DNA from: Candidatus Nealsonbacteria bacterium
GTDB lineage: Bacteria > Patescibacteriota > Minisyncoccia > Minisyncoccales > PWPS01
NCBI GenBank assembly: GCA_003551425.1
Contig: PUMP01000048.1
Coordinates: 2,825-66,824, forward strand
DNA length: 64,000 bases
Direction of reading: 5' to 3'
Part shown: positions 46,237 to 54,699 of the stretch, in pieces
How the letters are laid out: every line of letters starts with the position of its first letter
Position numbering within the stretch: the stretch's first letter is position 1
Made by a program: the position numbers and the translations under genes
The notes under the pieces: generated by a model
The model's database searches: none
Seen by the model: the letters and a program-made list of their open reading frames with translations, nothing else
What the model was told of the DNA's origin: nothing

Positions 46237-47160
46237 ATGAAAAAAATAAAAGACATATTAGACAGTTTTCTAATACAAGCGCAAACTGATAATCTTACAA
46301 CTGGCTCATATCCCAAAGAGTATAATGATTTAAAAATGAAAGTTTCTTTTGGAATGGGGATGCCCGCAAGAGTTCCCTGGGTTGCTTTTATTGTTCCGGA
46401 AATGCAGGTCAGTAAAGGTTTTTATCCTGTTTATTTGTATTATAAGAGCATGAATACTCTTATTCTTGCTTATGGCGTAAGTGAAACATCAGAGTTTGAT
46501 AAAACTTGGCCAGCAGAAATAATGAACTCAACTTCCACCATAGAAGGATTTTTTAATCAAGAAGTTCCCAGATATGGAGATTCTTTTGTTTTTAGAGTTT
46601 ATAAAATTAAAATAGAAAATAGAGAAGTTATTTATTCTTCTGAAGGAAATGAAGATATTTCTAGTCACGATCTCGAATCTGATTTAAATACTATTTTGGA
46701 TTACTACAAGAAAGTTGTTTTAGTTGATGCTAAGGAGAAGAGTTCTGCAATGAGTCAAGGACTATTCTACATGGAGAAACAATTAGAAGATTTTATTATT
46801 CAAAATTGGGAGAATACTGAATTAGGAAAAAAATTTGATTTAATAATTGAAGATGGAGAACTAGTAAGCCAACAGTATAGAACTGATATTGGACAGATAG
46901 ATATATTAGCAAAAGAAAGAGGAAAAGAAGGCTTTGTTGTTATTGAACTAAAGAAAGATCAGACAAGTGATGATACTATAGGACAATTGGCTCGTTATAT
47001 GGGTTGGGTCAAAAGACACAAGAGAGACGAGGGAGTGAAAGGAGTCGTTATTGCTGGACATTATGACAAAAAACTAGACTATGCTCAAGAGATGATGCCA
47101 AATATAGAAGTTTTTCTATATGAGGTAGATTTTAAACTTAAAAAATTTGGGGAAAATTAG
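46237..47160 (+). CDS. McrB N-terminal (DUF3578)-like domain fused to NucS-like PD-(D/E)xK endonuclease
   Basis: N-terminal VSFGMG..ARVPWVAF...GFYPVYLYYK..LILAYGVS; C-terminal EKQLEDFI, IDILA, VVIELK, GQLARYMGW. Confidence 0.8.
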   Translation: MKKIKDILDSFLIQAQTDNLTTGSYPKEYNDLKMKVSFGMGMPARVPWVAFIVPEMQVSKGFYPVYLYYKSMNTLILAYGVSETSEFDKTWPAEIMNSTSTIEGFFNQEVPRYGDSFVFRVYKIKIENREVIYSSEGNEDISSHDLESDLNTILDYYKKVVLVDAKEKSSAMSQGLFYMEKQLEDFIIQNWENTELGKKFDLIIEDGELVSQQYRTDIGQIDILAKERGKEGFVVIELKKDQTSDDTIGQLARYMGWVKRHKRDEGVKGVVIAGHYDKKLDYAQEMMPNIEVFLYEVDFKLKKFGEN

Positions 47161-47269
47161 CTCTCTTCTAGTCGAAGAACTTGGCTTTTTAAAAATTATT
47201 TATAGCAAATTGCAGCCCTAAGTTTGTCCACTGTGGTCAATATGTTTAAATTCAGAAAACCATAAAGAT

Positions 47270-47806
47270 ATGCCCTATTTTGCAATTTTTATATTGATTA
47301 TTTTTTCTATACCGGCTGTAATCTTGATTTTTACTTTTTTTATATTGATTTCAAATTTTGTTAGAGAAAAAGAGAAAAAAGAAATTTTGCTCCCTTACAG
47401 AAAAAGAAACTCTCTACTATCGTTTCAAGAAAAAAAATTTTATAAAGTAATAGATAAAATAGCAGAAGACAATAATTATTTATTGTTTACAAAGGTGAGA
47501 TTGGAAGATTTATTTTGGATTCCAAAAAACATCTCTTCAAAAGAAAGATTTGGTTTGCGTAATAGAATTAAGTCTCGTCATGTTGATTTTTTGATTTGTA
47601 ATAAGGATAAAATTACTCCAATTTTAGGAATAGAGCTTGACGATTGGAGCCATGCAAGTCGTAAAGCAAAAGAAAAAGACAAATTTATTAATAAAGTTTT
47701 TACTAGCGCAAAACTTCCACTTTTAAGAATTGAAACCCAAAAATTCTACAACCCAGAATTAATTCTTGAAGAAATCAAAAACAAGACGGTAAAAACCAAA
47801 AAATAA
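47270..47806 (+). CDS. DUF2726 domain protein
   Basis: N-terminal TM, LLSFQE, KVRLEDL, HVDFLIC, IELDDWSH, KDKF, LPLLRI. Confidence 0.85.
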   Translation: MPYFAIFILIIFSIPAVILIFTFFILISNFVREKEKKEILLPYRKRNSLLSFQEKKFYKVIDKIAEDNNYLLFTKVRLEDLFWIPKNISSKERFGLRNRIKSRHVDFLICNKDKITPILGIELDDWSHASRKAKEKDKFINKVFTSAKLPLLRIETQKFYNPELILEEIKNKTVKTKK

Positions 47807-47829
47807 AAACAATTAAAAAATAAAAAATT

Positions 47830-48090
47830 ATGGCATTAGTAAATTGTTCTGACTGCGGAAAAGAAATATCAGATAATGCAATAAAATGTGGTAATTGTGG
47901 AAATCAAAATACACCGGGGGAAAAGGGGGAAGAAAAAGAGCTTAAATCGAATATGACGAAACTTGCAGTTCTTTTTTCCATCCCTTTTTCATTAATTCTT
48001 ATTTTTTTGGCCTTACTTACTGGAGATTTTTTAATAATAGTGTTTGCAATTATTTTCGTAATAGGATTAATTATTATTGCAGCAAAATAA
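47830..48090 (+). CDS. zinc-ribbon membrane protein
   Basis: MALVNCSDCGKEISDNAIKCGNCG followed by two TMs. Confidence 0.8.
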   Translation: MALVNCSDCGKEISDNAIKCGNCGNQNTPGEKGEEKELKSNMTKLAVLFSIPFSLILIFLALLTGDFLIIVFAIIFVIGLIIIAAK

Positions 48091-48271
48091 ACGAAGAAAA
48101 AATTAAAGAAATAAAAAAATAAACGATAATACTCTTTTGGTTGAGGAAATTTTTAAAGTGTTATGGTTCTAGCATCGTTCACTGTAGCCAGCATTCTTGT
48201 GCTAGTGACCGAGACGGGTAAGCCCTGAGATTTATTTTCAGGGTTTTTGTTTTATGGTAAAATAAAATAAT

Positions 48272-48853
48272 ATGGCAAAAATAATACTGGCGACAACTTC
48301 TCCTTATCGAAAAAAGATATTTGAGACCTTAGGGATTCCTTTTGAAGTAGAGGGGAGCAATGTTGATGAATCGCAACTGGAAAGAAATAATCCGGAAGAA
48401 TTGGTTAAAGAGCTGGCAAAGCTGAAAGCGGAAGCAGTCGCTAGAAACCATAATGATGCCATTGTAATTGGATTTGATTCGGTTGGATACTTTAACGGAA
48501 AATTTCTTGAAAAACCAAAATCAAAAGAAGAGGCGTTTGAGAGACTGCAGTCTCTTTCGGGAGGAAACCATCAGCACTATACTGGAATTTATATAATAAA
48601 CACAAAGTCCGATAAAACGATTTCCGGCGTTGATAAGGCTGATATTTTCATGCGGGATTATTCGGACAAGGAGATAGAAGAATATCTTAAGCAGGGTTCC
48701 GAATTTAACCGCTTTGCGCTCGGGTACGACACAGAAAAGCAGATCAGCGCCTCATTTATTCAAAAGATAGAAGGAAATCATCTTAATTTAAAAGGCATTC
48801 CTTTGTCGGTCTTGGTCGAGATGTTAAGAGAAATCGGATATAAACAACAATAA
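48272..48853 (+). CDS. maf: Maf family NTP pyrophosphatase
   Basis: ILATTSPYR, VDE, LAKLKA, IGFDS, EKP, LSG. Confidence 0.9.
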   Translation: MAKIILATTSPYRKKIFETLGIPFEVEGSNVDESQLERNNPEELVKELAKLKAEAVARNHNDAIVIGFDSVGYFNGKFLEKPKSKEEAFERLQSLSGGNHQHYTGIYIINTKSDKTISGVDKADIFMRDYSDKEIEEYLKQGSEFNRFALGYDTEKQISASFIQKIEGNHLNLKGIPLSVLVEMLREIGYKQQ

Positions 48854-48995
48854 TATAATTTAGTTGTGAATACTTGTATTGCAAAAAAACAGCCGAGGAG
48901 AGCCTCGGTTTTTGCTTAATAAGTAGATTTGGGGTAGAATATAGAAGATAATTAAACATATTTATGGGAGAAATAAAAAATAATAATTTATAAAT

Positions 48996-49454
48996 ATGGA
49001 TGATGAAATTACAATTTTAGAACTTAAAAAAATATTGCAGAAATTTAAAGAAGATAGAAACTGGGGGCAATTTCATGATCCTAAAAATTTAGCTGAAGCC
49101 ATATCAATCGAAGCAGGGGAATTACAAGAAAAATTTCTTTGGAGAACAGTTCCCGGAATTTTGGAAAAGTTGAAAAATGATAAAGAGTATAAAAAAGAGG
49201 TAGAAGATGAGTTCGCAGATATAGTAATATTTTGTTTAAATTTTGCAAATGCTACTGACATAGATATCTCTAAGGTGATAAAAGAAAAAATTAAAAAAAA
49301 CAATAAAAAATATCCCCCGGAAAAGGCAATGGGTGTTTCTGAAAAGTATAATAAACTATTATTGTTTATCAATCTACAAAAAAGGGTTTCAGTGAAGATG
49401 TTATTACTAATAGAATTGAAGAAGCAATTCTTGATATTTTTCAAAAAAAAATAG
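48996..49454 (+). CDS. MazG-like nucleotide pyrophosphohydrolase (dCTPase-like); C-terminus apparently extended by loss of its stop
   Basis: RNWGQFHDPKNLAEAISIEAGELQE, EFADI, KYP...KYNKL. The domain ends near 49361, where TTA stands in place of the expected TGA. Confidence 0.85.
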   Translation: MDDEITILELKKILQKFKEDRNWGQFHDPKNLAEAISIEAGELQEKFLWRTVPGILEKLKNDKEYKKEVEDEFADIVIFCLNFANATDIDISKVIKEKIKKNNKKYPPEKAMGVSEKYNKLLLFINLQKRVSVKMLLLIELKKQFLIFFKKK

Positions 49455-51211
49455 GGAGGAGCACCTCTCCTGGTGAAGTTAATGCCTGGAAGAATTCCAT
49501 GATGTATATGGAAAACGTACTAAAAGATAATGAAATTCCAGAAGATTGTGGGGTTATGATTGAGTATCAGATACCTCAAACCGCGAAAAGAATAGATTTT
49601 ATATTAACTGGTCAAAATGATAAAAAAATTGATCATGCGGTTATTGTAGAGCTTAAACAATGGGAGTTTGCGGAAATAACAGAGATGGATGGTATTGTTT
49701 CCACTTTTGTAGGCAAAGCTATTCGGCCAGAACCACACCCCTCTTATCAGGCCTGGTCTTATGCTTCACTTTTAAATAATTTTAATGAGGCTGTTTATAG
49801 TGGCAATATTCAACTAAAACCCTGTGCTTATCTTCACAATTATAAAGAGCGAGATGCAATAGTAGATAATTTTTATAGCGAATATATTAAAAAAGCACCC
49901 CTTTTTTTAAGAAATGATTCATTAAAATTACGTTCATTTATTAAGAGATTTGTTAAGTATGGAGATAAGGGAAAAGTTATGTACGAAATTGAGAGTGGGA
50001 GAATAAGACCATCTAAGGGTCTTGCAGATAGTTTAGAAGGTATGTTAAGGGGAAACCAAGAGTTTGTAATGGTTGATGATCAGAAAATAGTTTATGAGAG
50101 GGCGTTACATTTAGCAAAGAAATCGAGTGATAGAAACAAGAAAGTCTTTATTATTGAGGGAGGTCCAGGCACGGGAAAATCTGTGGTAGCGATAAATTTA
50201 TTAGTTGAACTAACAAAACAAAAATTAGTAACACAGTATGTTTCAAAAAATGCAGCGCCCCGAACTGTTTATTGTAATAAGCTTACAGGCAAACACAAAA
50301 AAACGGAAATAGCAAATTTGTTTACGGGATCTGGTAGTTTTGTAAATGCAGAGGAAAATGTTTTTGATACTTTAATAGTAGATGAAGCTCATAGGCTGAA
50401 TGAAAGATCAGGACTATATGCTAATCTCGGAGAAAACCAGATAAAAGAACTGATTAACGCAGCAAAATGTACTGTCTTTTTTATTGACGAGGATCAAAAA
50501 GTGACTTTTAAGGACATCGGAGAAAAAGAAGAGATAATAAAGTGGGCAAAAATGCAAGGCGCCGACATTTACGAAGATAGTTTAGTGTCACAATTTAGGT
50601 GTAATGGATCGGATGGATATTTGGCTTGGCTTGATAATGCCTTACAAATTAGAGAGACTGCAAATAAGACACTTCAAGGTATAAATTTTGATTTTCGTAT
50701 TGTAGACTCCCCAAACAAACTCAGAGATTTGATTTTTGAAAAAAATAAAATAAACAATAAAGCAAGGTTGGTGGCAGGTTATTGCTGGGACTGGATAAGT
50801 AAAAAGGACAAAAACCTGCATGACATAGAATTTCCAGAATATAATTTTAGAATGAAATGGAACTTAGCTACAGAGGGAAGTCTTTGGATTGTATCGCCAA
50901 AATCAATCAATGAAGTTGGTTGTATTCATACTTGTCAAGGATTAGAGCTTGATTATATTGGAGTTATTGTAGGAAAAGATATGATTGTAAGAGATGGAGA
51001 GGTTTTAGTTGATCCAAGAGAGCGGGCTAAGACAGATGCTTCATTAAAAGGTTATAAAAAATTATTAGAAGAAGATGAAAAAGCTACGAAAGAAAAAGTA
51101 AGAAAAATAATCAAAAATACTTATCGAACCTTAATGACACGAGGAATGAAGGGGTGTTATGTCTATTTTGTGGATAAAGAAACAGAAGATTATTTTCGAA
51201 GTAGTGTTTAA
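49358..51211 (+). CDS. DUF2075 (Schlafen group 3-like) nuclease-helicase
   Basis: The frame is open from ATT at 49358 (IIVYQSTKKGF...; first ATG at 49499). Nuclease-like E...RID...VELKQW; helicase GGPGTGKS, DEAH, QFRC, HTCQGLE, YRTLMTRG. Confidence 0.85.
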   Translation: MIVYQSTKKGFSEDVITNRIEEAILDIFQKKIGRSTSPGEVNAWKNSMMYMENVLKDNEIPEDCGVMIEYQIPQTAKRIDFILTGQNDKKIDHAVIVELKQWEFAEITEMDGIVSTFVGKAIRPEPHPSYQAWSYASLLNNFNEAVYSGNIQLKPCAYLHNYKERDAIVDNFYSEYIKKAPLFLRNDSLKLRSFIKRFVKYGDKGKVMYEIESGRIRPSKGLADSLEGMLRGNQEFVMVDDQKIVYERALHLAKKSSDRNKKVFIIEGGPGTGKSVVAINLLVELTKQKLVTQYVSKNAAPRTVYCNKLTGKHKKTEIANLFTGSGSFVNAEENVFDTLIVDEAHRLNERSGLYANLGENQIKELINAAKCTVFFIDEDQKVTFKDIGEKEEIIKWAKMQGADIYEDSLVSQFRCNGSDGYLAWLDNALQIRETANKTLQGINFDFRIVDSPNKLRDLIFEKNKINNKARLVAGYCWDWISKKDKNLHDIEFPEYNFRMKWNLATEGSLWIVSPKSINEVGCIHTCQGLELDYIGVIVGKDMIVRDGEVLVDPRERAKTDASLKGYKKLLEEDEKATKEKVRKIIKNTYRTLMTRGMKGCYVYFVDKETEDYFRSSV

Positions 51212-51273
51212 ATAATTTAATATCAATGATAATGAAGGATATATTATCATATAAGGATATTAATAAATAAAAT

Positions 51274-51402
51274 ATGAAAAAAATAGTTCTATTAGTTATA
51301 TTTTTATTGATAGCGGGAGGTGGTTTTTTCTTCTATAGATCACATAATTACTGCAACAGGATGTATTGCAAAGCCGTAAAAAGCCCTAGAATTAAACTAT
51401 AA
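51274..51402 (+). CDS. 42-aa ORF with signal/TM segment (possible gene remnant)
   Basis: [27 protein letters not shown]... after an A-rich leader. Confidence 0.4.
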   Translation: MKKIVLLVIFLLIAGGGFFFYRSHNYCNRMYCKAVKSPRIKL

Positions 51403-51404
51403 AT

Positions 51405-52034
51405 ATGAACAATAAATTTTACTCTCTACCGGATTTACCCTACGGTTATAAAGATTTAGAGCCCTATATCTCGGAAGAGCAACTAAGTATTCATCATCAA
51501 AAACATCACCAAGCATACGTAAATGGTGCTAACACTGTTTTTGAAAGATTGGAAAAATCTAGGAAAGAGGGGAGTGATCTGGACATGAAAGCGACTCTCA
51601 AAGAGCTGTCCTTTCATGTAAGCGGTCATGTTTTACACTCTCTTTTTTGGCAAAATATGGCTTCTTCAAAAAAAGAAGGTGGAGGAGAGCCCTCCGGTCG
51701 GCTTGGAGAAATAATAAACGATGAATTTGGGAGCTTTGACAGATTCAAGCAAGAATTCACTAAAGCCGCCATCTCTATTGAAGGTTCCGGATGGGTAGCT
51801 TTAACACTGGACAAGGAAAGTGGAAGACCGATGATAATGCAAATTGAAAAGCATAATTTAAATTTGTATCCCGGATTTTCCCTTTTATTGGTATTTGATT
51901 TTTGGGAACACGCTTATTACCTGGATTACAAAAACGAGAAAAATAAGTTTATTGAAGCTTTTTGGCAGATTGTTAATTGGGAGGCCGCTGATAAGAGATT
52001 AAACAGATTCGACGACAAACTTGCACACTCTTAA
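51405..52034 (+). CDS. sod: Fe/Mn superoxide dismutase
   Basis: [33 protein letters not shown]. Confidence 0.95.
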   Translation: MNNKFYSLPDLPYGYKDLEPYISEEQLSIHHQKHHQAYVNGANTVFERLEKSRKEGSDLDMKATLKELSFHVSGHVLHSLFWQNMASSKKEGGGEPSGRLGEIINDEFGSFDRFKQEFTKAAISIEGSGWVALTLDKESGRPMIMQIEKHNLNLYPGFSLLLVFDFWEHAYYLDYKNEKNKFIEAFWQIVNWEAADKRLNRFDDKLAHS

Positions 52035-52068
52035 TCTTGTAAAAGCCGGAAGAAGAACAAAAACAAAA

Positions 52069-53319
52069 CTAAATTCTCTCCAGTATCTCCTTAATAGTTT
52101 TCATTTTTTTGTTCTCCAGGTCTTCCTCTTTTATATTTTGAGAAACAAAAAGAGCGGTAAGAGGCTTTGTTTCTTTTCTCTTGTATTTACCGGGATAAGT
52201 ACTCTCCAAGTCTTTTTCCAAAATAAAGATCTCTCTTTTCTTTAGTTCTTCTATTTTATTATTCATACCGGTTTTCTTTCCGAAGGAGGGAAACTTTTTA
52301 ATCTTTTGAAGAGAGCTTGAGTTTAAAGCGTCACGATCGAGCATTACCGCGTAAGGAATTTGAAAGGTTTCACAAAGACTGGCGTAAATATCTACAGATC
52401 CCTTTCCACTCGTATATACAACCTTTATGTTCTTATTTTTTCTATAGAAACGGTTGATCATTTCTCGCATAAAGATGCGGTCGGAAACTCCCTCTACAAG
52501 AAGCACTTTGTCTGAGAAAAGCATTCCGGAGTTATCGTCATTGATCTCTTGTATAAAGCGCGTTATATCCACCTTTTTCTTGGAGAAACCGCAGAGAGAA
52601 GTGCTTCCTTCTTCATTTCTGAAAATACGCCATGTCTTGGGGAGGTATTTTGCTTGCACGAAAGTAGGATGATGAGTGGTAAGAAAGATTTGTTTTTTTA
52701 ATTTTTTTTCGTTTAAAATACTAAGAAACTTTTTTATCACGGAAGGATGAAGATCGATGGAAGGTTCGTCTATAAGAATTACCTTATACTGAGGGTGGAA
52801 GATATAAAAAAGGATTACGAAAAGACGCTTGAATCCGGAACCTATTCTTTTTGCCGATCTTTCTTTCTTGTCGGCATATACATTGGAGAGAAAAAGCTTT
52901 TCGCTTATCTCTACGTCCCTGAAGTTTCTTCTCAAAGAAGAGGAAAACTCTTTATAGTCCTGAGGATAATCTTTTTTAAAGCTCTTTATTTTCTTTGCTA
53001 CTTGATAATAATCTTGAGAGCTGTCGATTCTGATAAAATACTTTCTAAAATCTTGATCGGAAGAGGAATATTGACCGTGCCGATAGGAAAGGTTGTGATC
53101 TTTGCCTTTGTGGGTTAAAATGAGTTCAAGATCGGCGTCTTTGTCAGAAAATCTTTCCGGATCGGTATTATCATCGAAAAAAAGATGAATAGCGTCAAGG
53201 ATGTTCGTTTTTCCGGCATTATTGGACCCTACAAGAATTTGAAAGTCAGAGATTTCCCTAATGTGCATGGCATCTTTAATGCTTTTGTAGTGATTTATGG
53301 TTATTTCTTTTATTTTCAT
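52069..53319 (-). CDS. OLD-family ATP-dependent nuclease (ABC ATPase + TOPRIM)
   Basis: GSNNAGKTN, LIDEPSIDLHP, LTTHHP, LLVEGVSD, LDRD, LE motifs. Confidence 0.85.
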   Translation of the reverse strand: MKIKEITINHYKSIKDAMHIREISDFQILVGSNNAGKTNILDAIHLFFDDNTDPERFSDKDADLELILTHKGKDHNLSYRHGQYSSSDQDFRKYFIRIDSSQDYYQVAKKIKSFKKDYPQDYKEFSSSLRRNFRDVEISEKLFLSNVYADKKERSAKRIGSGFKRLFVILFYIFHPQYKVILIDEPSIDLHPSVIKKFLSILNEKKLKKQIFLTTHHPTFVQAKYLPKTWRIFRNEEGSTSLCGFSKKKVDITRFIQEINDDNSGMLFSDKVLLVEGVSDRIFMREMINRFYRKNKNIKVVYTSGKGSVDIYASLCETFQIPYAVMLDRDALNSSSLQKIKKFPSFGKKTGMNNKIEELKKREIFILEKDLESTYPGKYKRKETKPLTALFVSQNIKEEDLENKKMKTIKEILERI

Positions 53320-53333
53320 AGAATATTTTAATT

Positions 53334-54119
53334 ATGAATTATTTAAACTTTGCGGTAGAAACCGCGGAAAGAGCAGGGAAAGTGTTATATGATTCTTTTC
53401 GCATAAAAAGCGCAAAGAAAAGAGGAACAAGCAAAGAAGTAAAAAGTACTTTTGACAGGGTGGCGGATGATATTATTATAAGTTCCATAGAAAACAGTTT
53501 TCCCACTTACTCTTATTTTACCGAAGAAACAGGATTTGTAAAAAAAGATGACTCCCTGGTATGGGTTGTTGACCCTCTTGACGGAACCGGTAACTTTGAG
53601 AGTCATAATCCTTTCTTTTCGGTAGCGATATCTTTATGGAAAGAAGGGGAGCCGGTCGTAAGCGTTATTGAAGCTCCCGCACTGCAGGAAAGATTTTTAG
53701 CTGTAAGGAACGAAGGTGCTTTTCTTATTGATTGCAAAAGTAAAAGAAAAAAGCAAGTCAATGTTTCTTTGGTAGAGAAAAGTCAAGACGCTTACGTTGT
53801 TTTTTGTGAAGGAGGTGAAAAAGATAAGAAGCGTATTGTAGAATTTCTTTCTCGTATTTATACGAGCTCTAAAGATCTTAGAAAAATAGGATCTGCATCT
53901 CTTGAGCTCGCTTTCTTGGGAGCGGGGAGAGTAGACGGTTATATTACGTTTCAAATACCGTTCTATGATTTGGCGGCAGGACTTCTTTTTTTACAAGAGG
54001 CGGGAGGGTTGTTTTACAATTTTCAAGGAGAAAAGCTTTCTTTTAAAGACTTTCAAATAAACAAAAGTTTTGACTTTATAGCGGACAATGGAAAGATTGG
54101 GCTTGAAAGACTTGCATAA
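53334..54119 (+). CDS. inositol monophosphatase family protein
   Basis: EE, WVVDPLDGTGNF, RKIGSASL, YDLAAG. Confidence 0.9.
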   Translation: MNYLNFAVETAERAGKVLYDSFRIKSAKKRGTSKEVKSTFDRVADDIIISSIENSFPTYSYFTEETGFVKKDDSLVWVVDPLDGTGNFESHNPFFSVAISLWKEGEPVVSVIEAPALQERFLAVRNEGAFLIDCKSKRKKQVNVSLVEKSQDAYVVFCEGGEKDKKRIVEFLSRIYTSSKDLRKIGSASLELAFLGAGRVDGYITFQIPFYDLAAGLLFLQEAGGLFYNFQGEKLSFKDFQINKSFDFIADNGKIGLERLA

Positions 54120-54133
54120 ATTGAAAATTTGAA

Positions 54134-54153
54134 TATAATTTTAAAAAAGGTCG
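54134..54153 (+). promoter_or_regulatory. -10 box plus AAAGGTCG leader motif
   Basis: TATAAT at 54134-54139; AAAGGTCG at 54146-54153, 24 nt before the ATG. Confidence 0.72.
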
Positions 54154-54177
54154 GTTTTAAATTTTAAAAAAAATTAT

Positions 54178-54411
54178 ATGGATAACAAGAAAATTCTTAT
54201 TGCGGTTGTATTGGTGTTAGCCGTAGTAGTTCTTGTAGGAGTTGTTTCTTTGGGCCCTGAGGAACCCATTGATCCTGAATTAGAGCTTGACCCCGAATTA
54301 GAGCTTGACCCTGAATTAGAGCTTGACGACCCTGAAGACGTAGAAGAAGAGGAAGAGGAAGAAGAGGAAGAAGAGGAAGAAGAGGAAGAAGAGGAAGAGG
54401 AAGAGCTATAA
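54178..54411 (+). CDS. membrane-anchored poly-glutamate protein (77 aa)
   Basis: N-terminal TM, (DPELEL)3, then a run of about 21 Glu; has its own promoter and terminator. Confidence 0.75.
   Translation: MDNKKILIAVVLVLAVVVLVGVVSLGPEEPIDPELELDPELELDPELELDDPEDVEEEEEEEEEEEEEEEEEEEEEL
54271..54405 (+). repeat. 18-bp tandem repeat x3 plus GAR trinucleotide tract
   Basis: GAYCCYGAATTAGAGCTT x3, then (GAA/GAG)n. Confidence 0.85.
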
Positions 54412-54498
54412 AGGACTAAAATATTAGCTTTATTTTAAGAGAACCCCTTTTATTGAGGGGTTTTCTTTTTTCTTAAGGAGGTTATAATTGTAATTAAT

Positions 54499-54699
54499 AT
54501 GTTTATTGCTTCACTTATTCTTCTTGTTATCGCTTTTGCTTTCTTTCTGTTGGCCTTTTTTACCGTAAAGTCGCACCTAAAAAAAGAGATTGTTGAGCAT
54601 AATATCTTTCCTCCCTCTGCTTTTCCTTTGTTTTCTTGGATTGGAGTTTTACTTTTTTTAATTTCCCTCATTTTTCTTATTCTTGCTTTTTATGTTTAA
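54499..54699 (+). CDS. small two-TM membrane protein
   Basis: Hydrophobic 66-aa ORF overlapping the next start. Confidence 0.6.
   Translation: MFIASLILLVIAFAFFLLAFFTVKSHLKKEIVEHNIFPPSAFPLFSWIGVLLFLISLIFLILAFYV

Noticed and set aside
46170-51402. Prophage, integron or ICE at tRNA-Gln
   Set aside because: No integrase, att duplication, attC-like repeats or phage structural genes seen.
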